From Candidatus Nomurabacteria bacterium RIFCSPLOWO2_01_FULL_33_24 (GTDB lineage Bacteria; Patescibacteriota; Minisyncoccia; Phycocordibacterales; MFUP01), in contig MFUP01000014.1 of NCBI GenBank assembly GCA_001785735.1, positions 1 through 56,554 on the forward strand: a DNA stretch of 56,554 bases. The letters are read 5' to 3'. Both the position numbers and the translations under genes were made by a program. Below, one piece after another: positions 1 to 12,700 of this stretch. The first letter of the stretch is position 1. The number at the start of each line of letters is the position of its first letter. Below the pieces are notes generated by a model. That model worked only from the letters and a program-made list of their open reading frames with translations. It did no database searches and had not been told where the DNA came from.

Positions 1-704
1 TGGGTTTCTTTTAGTATGATTATTTCTTTTGGACTAATTGAAATAGAATTATGAACAACAGGACAAAGAACAATTTCTCCCAAATTAGTATCGCTGGAAC
101 AAATTGGAATTAGTTCTAAAGATGAATTAAGATGTTGTAAACTGTTTATTTTAGTAATCCCAAAAACATTAAGTTTGGCATAAAACTCCTGCAGAGGTGC
201 CTCTCCTCCGCCTGGAGGTGCCTCTCCTCCACCTGCTTCTTCGCCCCTTCCCGGTCCTTGAGCTAAAACTGTCGGGGTTTTAATTAATTTTTTTGAAAAA
301 AAAGTCAGAATATTTTTCCCAATATTTGGATATTGAAAAGCGGTATTATTTTGTTGACTTTCCTGATACTCACCTTGTTGCTCTTGTCCCGGAATTGGAA
401 TCCCCGGATAACTTTGGGCACTTAAGGAGGGATCGCCAACAACTACCACGTCATTCGTCCCGACAGACAGCCAAGTATTATAATAAGTAGCCAAACTACC
501 TAACTCTAAACCACCATTCTTTGTTTGGTCAGTTGGACCAATATTTAAAGGGGTTGGCGTATTATTAGCTGGGGGGATTACTCCTATGGGTGGCCCATTC
601 CAGGCATGCAAATAACTAAAACCAATACTCAAAACAAAACCTATTAAAGCAATCTTTGCTATGGTCATTAAATCTTTTTTTATATTTTTGGTATTCATTC
701 TCAT
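1..704 (-). CDS. Secreted/membrane-anchored hypothetical protein, 3' end runs off the window
   Basis: Not in the ORF track. Manual translation from ATG at 704 gives MRMNTKNIKKDLMTIAKIALIGFVLSIGFSYLHA-WNGPPIGVIPPANNTPTPLNIGPTDQTKNGGLEL..., a signal-peptide-like N-terminus. It is co-oriented with and 19 bp downstream of the giant gene. Confidence 0.75.
   Translation of the reverse strand, partial: MRMNTKNIKKDLMTIAKIALIGFVLSIGFSYLHAWNGPPIGVIPPANNTPTPLNIGPTDQTKNGGLELGSLATYYNTWLSVGTNDVVVVGDPSLSAQSYPGIPIPGQEQQGEYQESQQNNTAFQYPNIGKNILTFFSKKLIKTPTVLAQGPGRGEEAGGGEAPPGGGEAPLQEFYAKLNVFGITKINSLQHLNSSLELIPICSSDTNLGEIVLCPVVHNSISISPKEIIILKET
194..235. repeat. 2 x 21-bp tandem repeat encoding a GGGEAP linker
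   Basis: GAGGTGCCTCTCCTCCGCCTG followed by GAGGTGCCTCTCCTCCACCTG (1 mismatch). Confidence 0.85.
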
Positions 705-723
705 GACTAATTTTACTATAAAT

Positions 724-3700
724 CTATATTTCTTCAAAGATTATCTCTGGTAGTGGATTAATAGGGCTATTATTTGTAAGAATCACTGAGTCAGAAACAT
801 AGACAGAAGGATCAATCTCGCTCTGACAAGTAATAGTGAGAGTAACGGGTCCAGGATAAGGACTAACAATAACGCTAGTCTTTGTCCCAGAAGTTGCAAA
901 ATTAGTGTCAGTATTCCAAACAGGAGCACCAAAAGAACTTGTGGCATTACAACTATTAGCTAATAAATTATTCCCAGACCAGCGTAAATCAACTGTCCCC
1001 GGAATCATATCTTGAGGAGGAACATTGGCAGGATCAGGAATAAAATTACTATAAGTTAAGTTTACTGTTGGAGTTAAAATTTGTTGAGAAACAACTTCTG
1101 TATCAAAGAAATGATTATTAGAAGAATCAAGACAATCTATTACATAAACGGTTGGGTTCTCTGGGGTTTCTACTTCAAGAACTGGCCCCAAAGGACTATT
1201 AGAAGTATTAGGGATAGCAATCGCTGTTCCTGTCCCAGCAGGATCCCAGTTAGCAGTTGTAATTTTCCCAGAATAATTAGAGATATCCGAGGAAGGAAGA
1301 AGGGCAGAAATTCTTGGAATAAAACTATTGTCAAAACTGTAAGCTAAACAGCTGTTGAGGTCACCAGGAGCAAAAGTATTCGTTCCCCACCTAAGACCAG
1401 TTTCATATTTTAAACTAGCAGGATTGAAAGGAGCCGGAGTTAATCCAGACAAAGCTTGAAGGTAAAGATTCCCTTCGGGATTATATTCACATGGCAAAGG
1501 CGAACCTGTGTTGGTAGCTAAAGGATCACTACAATAACCAGACATATAAATACAATCACCGTCAGAATTAATAGTCATTCCGGCTGGTAAACTATTTTGA
1601 GTTCCTAGAATATTAGGACACCAGTCTGGACCAGGATCAGGAAGACAATTACCATCAACTAAATTAAATCCAAGGGGAACAACTAATTGAATATTTGGGA
1701 TATTTGGACAAACATCTTCTGGTGGCAAAATTGTGATGGTGGTGGTATCAGCCACAATATTTTCATTTCTTATTTTATTATCAGGACTTGAGGAGGTAAT
1801 TATCTTAAATCCTGTCGTCTCTGACCATAAAATAATTGTTCGGTTAGTTGAATCTCTTGGATCAACTACCGCAGTAATATTAAATATTCCATTAGGAGAA
1901 TTATCGGGATGGGAATTAATATCATCTGTTATTTCAGCAACAATTGTAGAAATACTTGTCCAAAATCCCTTTCGTTTAGTGATTAAGATACCGTTGATAG
2001 TTATTTCATAATCAATTGTTCCTCCTGTTTCAAATATTATTTTAGAAATCAAAGTATCGGCATTAGGATCATTTCTCAGACACTCAATATCATACTCTTT
2101 TACCACTGAGGTATTATTAGTATTTGTATTTACTAAATCTGTTTGGAGAATTGTTTCGCGCCCGGTTGGATCAACTAATAAACTATAATTCCAATCTACT
2201 CCGAGAGCGGAACAACTGCCGGGTTTGGTGTCAGAACCAGTCCATTCAAGAACAGCATCTGCTCCGGGAGCAGAAGGAACAGTAATATCATCATAATAAT
2301 TTCCGGCTGGGAGAGGATCGGTGGCTTCGGTATTTTTAGCTTTAATATCTATATTAGCTCCGAGTAAAACTGGAACACTGTCATTGACTGTTCCTCCAAA
2401 TTCATCATCACAAGTAATAGTGAAAGTAGCTGATTGAGTAAGATTTATACCAACAAAAGCTAAGCCACTTCCTGGGGTTGGAGCATTATCAGAAAGACTT
2501 TGCCCATTATACCACATAGGGATGCCAGCATTAGATGGAACAACCGAGGCAACACAACTTCCTGAAACAATATTTCTTGTTTTCCAAGTTAGTTTTATTA
2601 ACCCACCAGTAGCAGGTAAACTCAAAGAATTTTTTCCATCTGCCCTAATATCAACAATAGGAACTGTGGGAGGAAGAACATTAACATAAGCTTTTTGGTC
2701 GGCTGTCTTTTCTGTTGCTTCTGTTGCTAACCCGGAAACTCCTTGACAAGAAGTTTGGTAAACAAAAACTTTAGTTCCTATTAATGTTTGAACATCTCCA
2801 GTCGTCCCATAGTTAGTAATAATAAATTTAGAATTATTTGTATTTTTAATATCTAAGGTAATAGTAATAGTGTTATTTCCGTTCCAAACAGCGGTTACTC
2901 CTGAAGAATATTTTTTGTAATTAATCTCATTTGTCAATGTTTCAGCGTCAGCTACTAAATCTCCAGAATAAGTGACACTATCAATAGTTGCTCCATTGAG
3001 TTCAACCTTAAAACGACCTCCAAAAATAGAATTTTCTGTTAAAGTAATAATTCTACTAAAAATTGAGTTGGTTGGAGAGAAAGTAGAACGAAAAGTAGGA
3101 AAACCCATACTATCTCTACTTAAGTCTTTTACCGGGAAAGAGTTAATAAGAACTGTTTCATTCTTGGCCATCGCCACTACCTCATTTGAAACATTATTAT
3201 TAGGATCGTTGATTTCATTGGCTAGATTAATAGCGGAATTACTTAATGGAACAATTAAGGGAGTACTGATTGGATTATTATTGATAGCTAAACCGAAAGT
3301 GCCACTATTTCCACTCAAAACAACTCCCGCTAAATTGGTGTAAGATGATTGAATAATAATTTTAGCGTTATCTCCATAAACAATATTATTGGTCATATCC
3401 TCTATGGTAAATTGAGAATTTGAATAAACAGTAATTATATTTCCTGATGAGATGGCATTGATGCCAGTAGTGCCAGAATTTGAATTAATCAACGAAACTA
3501 AATTTGAAGCGGATAAGGTAAGATTATTATTAACTGTTTTATCATAAGTATTACTATTAATTTTTAGATGAAAAGTTCCGCTAGTTCCATATAATTGAGC
3601 ACTGGCTGATAAAGTATTAGAAGCAATGGTTCCGCTATTATTTAAGACTCCTGTGGTATTAAGCCCTGGACCAGGATGAAGCGGATTTTGGGTCGCGTGC

Positions 3701-6700
3701 CAACTTGGATCAGTCCAATTCCAATCACTACTAGAACCATAATTATTTGTGGATACGCAAGTGCTATAATCAACATTTCCACCCCACCACCTAATATCAA
3801 CTTCACTTCCAGAAGGAACATTGATAAGAGTATCTGGTCCAGAGGGTGTCTTTTCAACAGTTAAATTAACATAAGGATCTGGGAGAACATCAACAGTAAC
3901 TTCTTTAGGAGTCCCATCACAAGTAAGAATATATTTATAAGTATCAATTAAGGCAATGGTCATATTGGCAGGATTATATGAGTCTGTATAGAAACCATTA
4001 TTTAATTCAAAATTATCAGCCCCATCAGTAATAGAAAATGGCGTTGGTGAAGTAATTACAATTTTTGAACCAAAAGCTGTTGCTGTTAAGTTTGGAACAG
4101 TTGTTTGAATATCATTTATAAACAAAGCTATTAATTCTGCATCACTATCTGTGTCACCTGAGGCTAAAAATGGCCCAAAATGATTACCATTAATAACCAA
4201 CCAAAATTGATCATTAGTTCCAAGATCAATCCCCTCAATTCCTCCTGATAAAGTAACAATTGCTTTTTTGGTATAGGCTTGAGTACCATCATTAATTAAA
4301 GGACCTTGTGTTTCTTGACCTCCTAAAGGATTTTTATTTCCACTCCAGTTTCCAGTAGCTAGACAGCTAGACATATCTGTCGCTTCCCAAGTTAGTTCTG
4401 CCTCTGCTCCTGAAGGAATAACAATGCTGTCTGTTGGAGTATTCGGACTTGGTTTGGTATCTGGATCATCGCTTTTTACATCAAAAGTTATTCCTGAAGT
4501 ATCTTCCTCCTCTGGAAGAACAGTCACATATACTTCTTTTTTATCTATCATTCCTCCGGTTCCCGGAACTCCTTCGCATTGAACTTCGTAGGCTTTAACT
4601 ACTGTCCCTAAAGTCAGTTTTGGAGAAGAAGTTGTAATATCAAAAGTACCAGCCTGAGTAGCAACACTCTCAAGATTTACTTTAATGGTCTTGCCATTTG
4701 GAATAGCAATAATGCCAGGAATAGTATTTAATTTGGTTGATAAGCCAGAGGCATCATTTACTAAGTTTGAAGGATCAGAGGGATTTTGATATTTTGTTAT
4801 TCCATTTACTTCTATTCCCCAAGTATCTCCAGAACCTGTTGCGTTTCCAGACAAAGTAAGCATTTTTGTATAGGCATCAATAGTACTAACTGAAATTGAA
4901 TTAATGCTACTGGAAGTAGTATCTTTAGTTGGGAATGAATTAATAATAACAACATTATTTTTAGAAATTGCGGTTACTAATTCAGAAACAATCGGATCAG
5001 AGTTTATGGCATCTCTTAGGGCATTAGCAATTGCTGATTTTGTGCTCTCAGAAGCAGAGATTGGAGATCCATCAATTTCAATTTCATAAGTTCCTCCGAT
5101 ATCATCAATTGTTACTGTCGCTAATTGAACAGAGGATGTCCCAGCCCCATTGTTCTTCAGGAAATTATTTGTTTCTGCTGATCCTGCCCCTAATCCAAAA
5201 GGAGGTAAAACTTTGGTAGCATGATACCCGGGACCTTGCCAAATCCAATTAGAATCTCCGTCATTGTTGCGCGCCCTGCAATTATTAGTATCATATTTAA
5301 CATTATTTCCCCACCATTTTAGCCTGACTCGTTCTCCCGCTGAATTAGGACTAATAGAAACAACTGAACTTGGACCAACATTAGTAATAGTTCCTTCAAC
5401 AGTAAGTCCAACTTCTGGCTCTGGCAAAACAGTGACTGTAACACTTTCAGGATAATTATTTCCAGCAACATCCTGACAAGTTAAGATATATTCATAAGTA
5501 TCAACTAGGGCAATATTGATAATTAGATTTCCTCCGATTGTTCCTTCGTAACCATAATAACTTCCGGGATTAGGATTAGGTCTTTTTTCAGTAATTGTAA
5601 ACCACGAAGAAGAACTAGAAACTTCTATGGTATTTGTCCCGGTAGAAACAGCTGTTATATATCCCGGAAATGTGTCGTTAATTTTATTAATTAAAGCAGT
5701 ATAAGAATCAGTAAAATTATTATTAAAGGGAACTTCAACGGCTGTTCCTTCAATAATGACTCCAAAATAATTTCCAGAATTTCCCGATAAAGTCAAGATT
5801 GCTTTTTTGGTGACAGTTTGAGTGCCATTATTAATTAATATTCCTGTTGATTCCCCTTCTGTCCAAGGATCATTAAGATTAACTCTGGTTGGGGTGCTAG
5901 TTAAAACATCTGGAGTAATTCCCATTCCAGACAAAGTTACAATTTCGCCATTAGCAATGGCGTTAATGTTTGGCAAAGAATCCCAATCACTAGCAAAAGC
6001 GTGAGCTGCTTGAGCTGATGATGCGAAAGATTTAGTAACATAACCCTGCCCCGGAAGATTAATCTTAATTCTAAATTGTCCAGATCCAGAAAAAATAATA
6101 TCTCTCTGGAAAGTGGAAGAGATCCCTCTAGGACCTGTTCCCATAGGAGCGGCCCAATCTCCGCTGGCTTGACAACTGGTCATGTCCCCCATAGACCATT
6201 TTAATAAGGCTTCCGCTCCCGAAGGAATAATAATATCGGGATAGGCGACGGGAGAAGGAGAAGGTTGAGTATTTGGATTATCACTTTCTACGGTAAATAT
6301 TCCCGACGAAGACCCAATTTCAACTCCGGTTGGAAAAACAGAAACAAAAGCGCTATCAAAAACTTCAGAATCAGAATTAGGAACTCCTCCACAATAAAGA
6401 TCGTATTCATGAACAACCGTTCCAACAACAAAATCTCCGCTGGTAGTAATATCTTTTTGAAGTTTAAAATAAGAACCATTATAATTTGTATCAATTGAGT
6501 TGAGAGTGATATAAATATCCGCTCCCTCCGCTTTAGCCGTAAAGTATTTATTAAGGCTATTATCATTATTTATTTTATTTGCCAAATCTTGAGCATAATC
6601 AGAAAATGGAAGAATTGGGGTCTGCCAAGATAAAGAAGATATTGAGATACCGTTAATTTCAATGCCATATTTTTGAGAACCATTAGTTAAACTATTGGTA

Positions 6701-9700
6701 ATAGTTACTTTCCTCGCCCTAGAAGAAGAAATGGGGTTTATTGTTATTTTATTTGAAAGACTGGACTTATCAACAATCCGAAGGGAAGAAATAATTATTT
6801 CTCCATCCACTACCGTTGCAACCACCTCTTGATTAACAGATGAATTATTATTTATATTTGTAGCTAGAGTTGAAGTATCGCTCCCCGTAATTACCGTTCC
6901 ATTAATTTCCACTCCGGCTGTTCCTGAATTAACCACAACCGATCCAAGTTGAGTCTGAACAGGTTGGATAATTAATTTTACATCTCCAGAACTATTATCT
7001 AAAACATTAAGAAAATTACCGCTATCTTTTCTAATAATAATTTGTGATCCACTTACTGAAGCTGAGTATTGCGAATGGGAATCAATAGCATCACTTAATT
7101 CAGCTATTGGATCAGGAACACTAGATAAAACTGAGAAATTATTACTAAAATCAACCGTTAATTTAAAAGTTCCAGTAGCTCCTGTGGATTTTGACAAGGC
7201 AACGCTCATAATATTCATATCGCTCTTAATTAAACCTCCATCACCAGTATTTTCCACGGGAACATTAAGATTTCCTCCCGGGCCAGGTGGCGATAATAAG
7301 GGTTGAGTAGCGTGAAAACCGGCGCTTGTCCATTGCCAATCTCCGGGGGGAGTATTTCTTGCATCATAATTATTCTTAGCCCAACAAGTGTCATAATTGA
7401 CATTATGAGCCCACCATTGAATATCAATCGTTTCTCCGTCAGAAACTGCTTCTGCTTTTCTATAAACTAGGTCTGATGATTTCTTCACGGATAAATCATT
7501 GTCTGCTTCAGGAAGAACATTCACAATAACTTTTTCAGATGGGGTAATCGGAGTCCCACTTGAATCATTACAACTTAATTCATATTCAAAAGTTTTAACT
7601 AAGGCTATTGCCAAATTTGCGATTCCGGTTGAATCAACCGCTTGTCTAATTGTAAAAGGAGAAGAAGAGATTATCTCTATTAATGGAGCGGAGGGGTCTG
7701 GTTGAGAGGCGATAAGATTAGGTATTCCCAAATTATTAATTTCTATCACAATGAAACCAGTATCGACTTTTTTATCAAAAGAAGAAGTAACAAGGTTTGT
7801 TGTATAATCTGTTCCTCCTATTCCAAAAATAATTTTATATTCTCCGCCCGTCGTGCTTGGTTCTACGGTTAAAATTGCTTTTTCGGTGTCAGTCGCTGTT
7901 CCGTCATTGATTAAAGGCCCCTCTGTTTCACTGCCAGAATCAGCTTTACTGCCAGTAGTAGTCCAATCACCAGAAGCAAGACAAGATCCCGGATCAATAT
8001 CGGTAGCGACCCATTCCAAATCAATTTCCGCTCCCGAGGGAATAATAATATCGGAATAGGCGGCGGGAGAAGGAGAAGGTTGAGTATTTGGATTATCGCT
8101 TTCTACTGTTAGAGTTATTCCGGTTTGAGGTTCGATTCCTATCGGCAAAACAGTCACATAGGCCTCTTCATAAGCGGTAGTTCCATCCACTCCCAAACAA
8201 TTAAGATTGTATTCTCTAACTTTTGTCCCCACCGTGACATCTCCAGTCATCGTTGAACTCTTAGTTAAAGTAAAGGCAGAAGCAGTATTACTATTATTAG
8301 AGGCATTGAGAGTAATAGTAATTTTATTTCCATCTAAGGTGGTGGTTGTGCCAGCTATAGATATTAGATTAAAAATTTCAAGAGCGGCCTCAGTAGCTGT
8401 TTCTCCCGGACCAAGAGGATAAGAATAAGAGGATCCATTAATCTCAACCTTAAAAGTGTCTCCTGAACTTCCTCCGGTGAAGGTGATTGTTTTTGTTCTA
8501 GTTGTCGGATCAGAAAGAGAAGAAACTGTTGTTGTGGCTGGATTATTTGGTCCAAAATCAATGTGGCCAACAACACTAAGGGCGGTAATTATTACGGTAG
8601 TTCCTTCTCGGTGAGCAATTACTTTTTTGTTAACAGAAGTATTTGTATTTATGGCAATAGCCAGATTTTTAGCTATTTTCCCTTCAGATAAAGCTGGGGA
8701 AAAAGCAACACTAATCGGAGTCCCGTTAATAATCGCTCCATAGAAGGCAAGATTAATACTATTATTTACTGTAATTGACCCTAACTTTGTAGCAATTGAT
8801 TCAATCATAATGTGAGCATTGCCACCAGAGGTAGAGGAGGAATCAATATTAAATAAAGTTGAAGAACTTAAAGTAATTACTGGACCATTTTGAGTGGTAG
8901 TTAAACCAGTAATCGCCAATGAATCAATTTCATTCTTTAAACTAAGAGCATCGGCTGTAAGATCTCCAGTGGCCGAGACATTAATAGGTTGGGAATTAAT
9001 TTTTATTTCAAAAGTGCCAGCGGTTCCTGATAAAGTAGCCGAAGCCACAGTCGTATTAGCGGTTAATCCATCATTTTCTAATTGAAAAGTTGCTTGAGTT
9101 CCTATCCCTGAAGGATCAAGGGGTGGTTTGGTGGCGTGAAAACTAGGAAAACCATTAAACCACCAATCAGAGAAGGACCCATAATTATTAGCGCCATAAC
9201 ATTGGTTGTATTTTACATTATGAGCCCACCATTTAAGAATCACATCATCCCCGTCATAAACAACAGCTGTCGATGGACTAGCAGAAAATGGGTCATCAAC
9301 TATCAAGCTAACTGATGGTTTTGGAAGAACAGTGACGGTGACACTTTCTGGATAATCATTTCCACCAGCATCATGACAAGTTAAGATATATTCGTAAGTA
9401 TCAACTAAGGCAATATCAATATTCCCGTCTCTGTATGCGTCACTTGTATTAAAATCGGTAACAGAGAAAGGTCCGCTAACTGATTCTAAAATCATGACAT
9501 ATGGATTTAACGGGTCTTTGCTGGCAAGAACAATTGGGCTTAAAACTGGATCAGCATTTATATATAAAACCATGGCATCAACGGCTAAATCGGCAGTGGT
9601 GGAAGAACTTTTTATGACTGAGTAGATGTTATTGATAGTAATTTCAAAAGTACTGTCATAGCCTGAGAAAGTTAGAATTGCTTTTTCGGTGTCAGTAGCT

Positions 9701-12700
9701 ATCCCGTTATTGATTAAGGGAGAAGTTAATTGAAAACCTGAAGTATTAATCGCATTGCTCCAATCTCCGGAAGCATCACAGCTGGTCATATCGGTTGTTG
9801 ACCAAACTAATTTAGCTATCTCTCCTGAATTAATAGTAATATCAGAAGCGGAAGCAGGAGGATTAGGATCTCTCTCAACGGTGAAAGTTAAACTAGGGTT
9901 AATTCGTTTTCCAGCCGGGAGAATAGTGACATAACTATAATCTTCTGTTGAAAAATTGGTAGAAGAAATCCCCTCACAAGAAAGCTGATAACTATGGACA
10001 GTTGTTCCGATGGTGATGGCCCCGACGGTAGAACCGCCATCAATAATTTCAAAGAGGGGAGCATCGGAATTATTTATCTCTGAAGTCAGAGTAATAACAT
10101 TGTATTTGGAGGAAAAATCTACATCACTGTGACTCTGAGTCAAATTACTACCTAAATTATGGGCTTCCTGATGAAGAGTTTTGGTATTGATTGTCTCTGA
10201 AACCGGAGAAGGACTGGTAAATGATAATTTATTTAGGGAAGCCTTAAAAGACCCGGTAACAAGATTACTGGTCTTATCTAAGAAAATCTTTTTTTCTCTG
10301 GCAGAAATTGAACTAATTGAAATATCGGCACCAGAAAGAGGAAGAATATCTTTTTTGATTTCTGTTTTAAAAGAGTTTATAATGACTACATTTTGTTCGG
10401 CAGTTGCCCCAACACTAGAAACAAAAGTGGAATTAGAAACCGAGGGAGCAGAACCACTATTATCTTCATTTATTTTTTCTGCTAAATCTTGGGCTGTGGT
10501 ATTTTTATCTGTATTCCAAGGAACGGAAGAAGTGATTCCGTTAATTTCAACAACCACTGTTCCACTAGTTCCATTTATGGTAATGGTTGCCAGTCGAGTA
10601 GTAATTGATTCAACAGAAATAAAAGCATCTCCCCCAGAAGTATCTAAGGCGTCAATATTAAAAGAATTGGTGTCATCATAAATATCACTATTAGATTTAA
10701 TTGTTATTATCTCATCAACCGCCGTGGCCGAAACGCCAGCAATATCAGCGGTTATTAATCTTGCTAATTCTGTAGCGACTTGAGCTAAAGTTGGATAGGT
10801 TGAACCAAGAGTAACACTTTTAGTTATTCCCTTAATCTTTATTTTAAATTCTCCTCCAATATTGCTTCCGGACAAGATGGCGGTAGCAGCGGTAGTAAAA
10901 ATTAAGCTCCCGTCATTAACCGCCTCTGTTGGGATAATTTGAGTAGTTCCCGATGATCCATCATCTCCTATATTAAACAAAGAACCTGTTGAGGAACTTG
11001 TAATTATTATTGTTTTACCATCTGCATCTGTAGGATCAATGGAAGCGGTAACAAAGAAAGCTTCACCATTGGTAGCAATATTGTTTATCTTGTCTTTTAA
11101 TTTATCGGCTGTTATCTTTAAAGAAGTATCAAATAACTGAATAATCGATTGATCATTAATTCTAATATTAAAATTATTACCAATAATGCCACTAACAAGT
11201 TTTATTTTAACTTCTTTAAGAGTTCCAATTCCCTGTTTTCCTGCTACCGGAGTCAAAGACCCTTTATGTCCATGATAACTAGGATCTGACCAATCCCACT
11301 CTCTTCCTTGAAAAGAATTTTCTGTGTAACTATTTTCAGCTTGGCAAGAACTGTAATCTACATTATGACCCCACCATTTGAGGCGTCCCCAATCATCACC
11401 GCCCATCCAGTCAGGAAGAACAGAATAATCTGCTCCGGAGACAACACTGACCGCCGGTAAAAAGCCCCCTCCGGTATTTTTAGTTCTAGCAGTTAAATCA
11501 GAAGTTGGTTCTGGTAAAATTGTAATTGTGGCTGTTTCAGTAAAAATATTATTGTCAACATTGGTACAAATTAAGGTATACTTTTTAACAATTGTGTACC
11601 CAATCTCAATATTAGGTGGAGAATTACTATTGACATCTTTTTCTGTCCCTTCGTCTGTGATAGTGAATGGAGTTGTAGAAATAATAATTATTTCTGATGT
11701 ACCCGGTTCTCGTGATACTGTCATCCCAGAAGCATAGTTATCAATATAAGAAGAAATATAGCTTACCAACATTTGAGCAGTACTTTCGGGACTTGATTGA
11801 GCAAAAATGGGACCAATTGGATTTCCATCAATCTTAAGACCAAATTTATCAGAAGAACCAGAAGTGCCTCCCGAGACAGTAAGAATTGCTTTTTCAGTAC
11901 TAGTAGCTGTTCCGTCATTAATTAAAATTCCCGTGGTTTCTCCTTCGGTTTTTCCAAGAGACATATTTCCTGTCCCAGAGATACTAACGGTAAAAGAAGT
12001 AGAGCCGCTAGAATCAATAAAAACTTTAGACGATAAGTTTGACCCGTTATGGGCAGTAGCTTTAATAGCGCTAACCCCGGCAGAATTTATTGCTTGGGCT
12101 AAATTATCGGCAGTGGTTGATAAATTAGTATCATAATTTTCGGAGACAGAAATAGAATTTAGAGTGGTATCAGTAGGAATAATATTAAGATTAAAAGTAC
12201 CAGAAGTTCCAGTTAATGTTACTTCTTGAGAAAGAACAATGGCTGGGTTTGGAGAGTAAGGATTGCGACTGGTTCCCAACCCAAGTCCAATGTTTCCACC
12301 GGCCCAATCACTACCAACGCCAGAAGAGGCTGATTCACAGATAAGGGAATCGTCATCGCTGTCCCAAGTTAAAATTGCTTCCGCCCCAGAAGGAACAGTA
12401 AGATCAGTAGTTTTCCCAGAGGGATAAGCGTAAGGATCATCACTTTCAGCTTTTAACCCGAGAGAAAAAACATAATCAAGAACTCCCGCATAGACTGTTC
12501 TGCTGATACTACTAATAGACCCTAAAGTAGGACAAGAAAGGGTATATTTTCTTACGGTACTGATAACATCCATTTCTCCTGCATCCCCAGTAGTGGAATT
12601 AGAAACAGTGAATGAATTTCCTGTTTTTGTTTCAATTAAAATAATACTAATACCAAGGATCTCATCATATAAATGTTTAACTTCTACCAAAGAATTAAGA

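Noticed and set aside
6211..8106. 81-bp repeat pair as a DGR template/variable repeat
   Set aside because: The four mismatches are transitions in both directions (C/T on the coding strand), both copies are mid-gene, and no reverse transcriptase is in the window.
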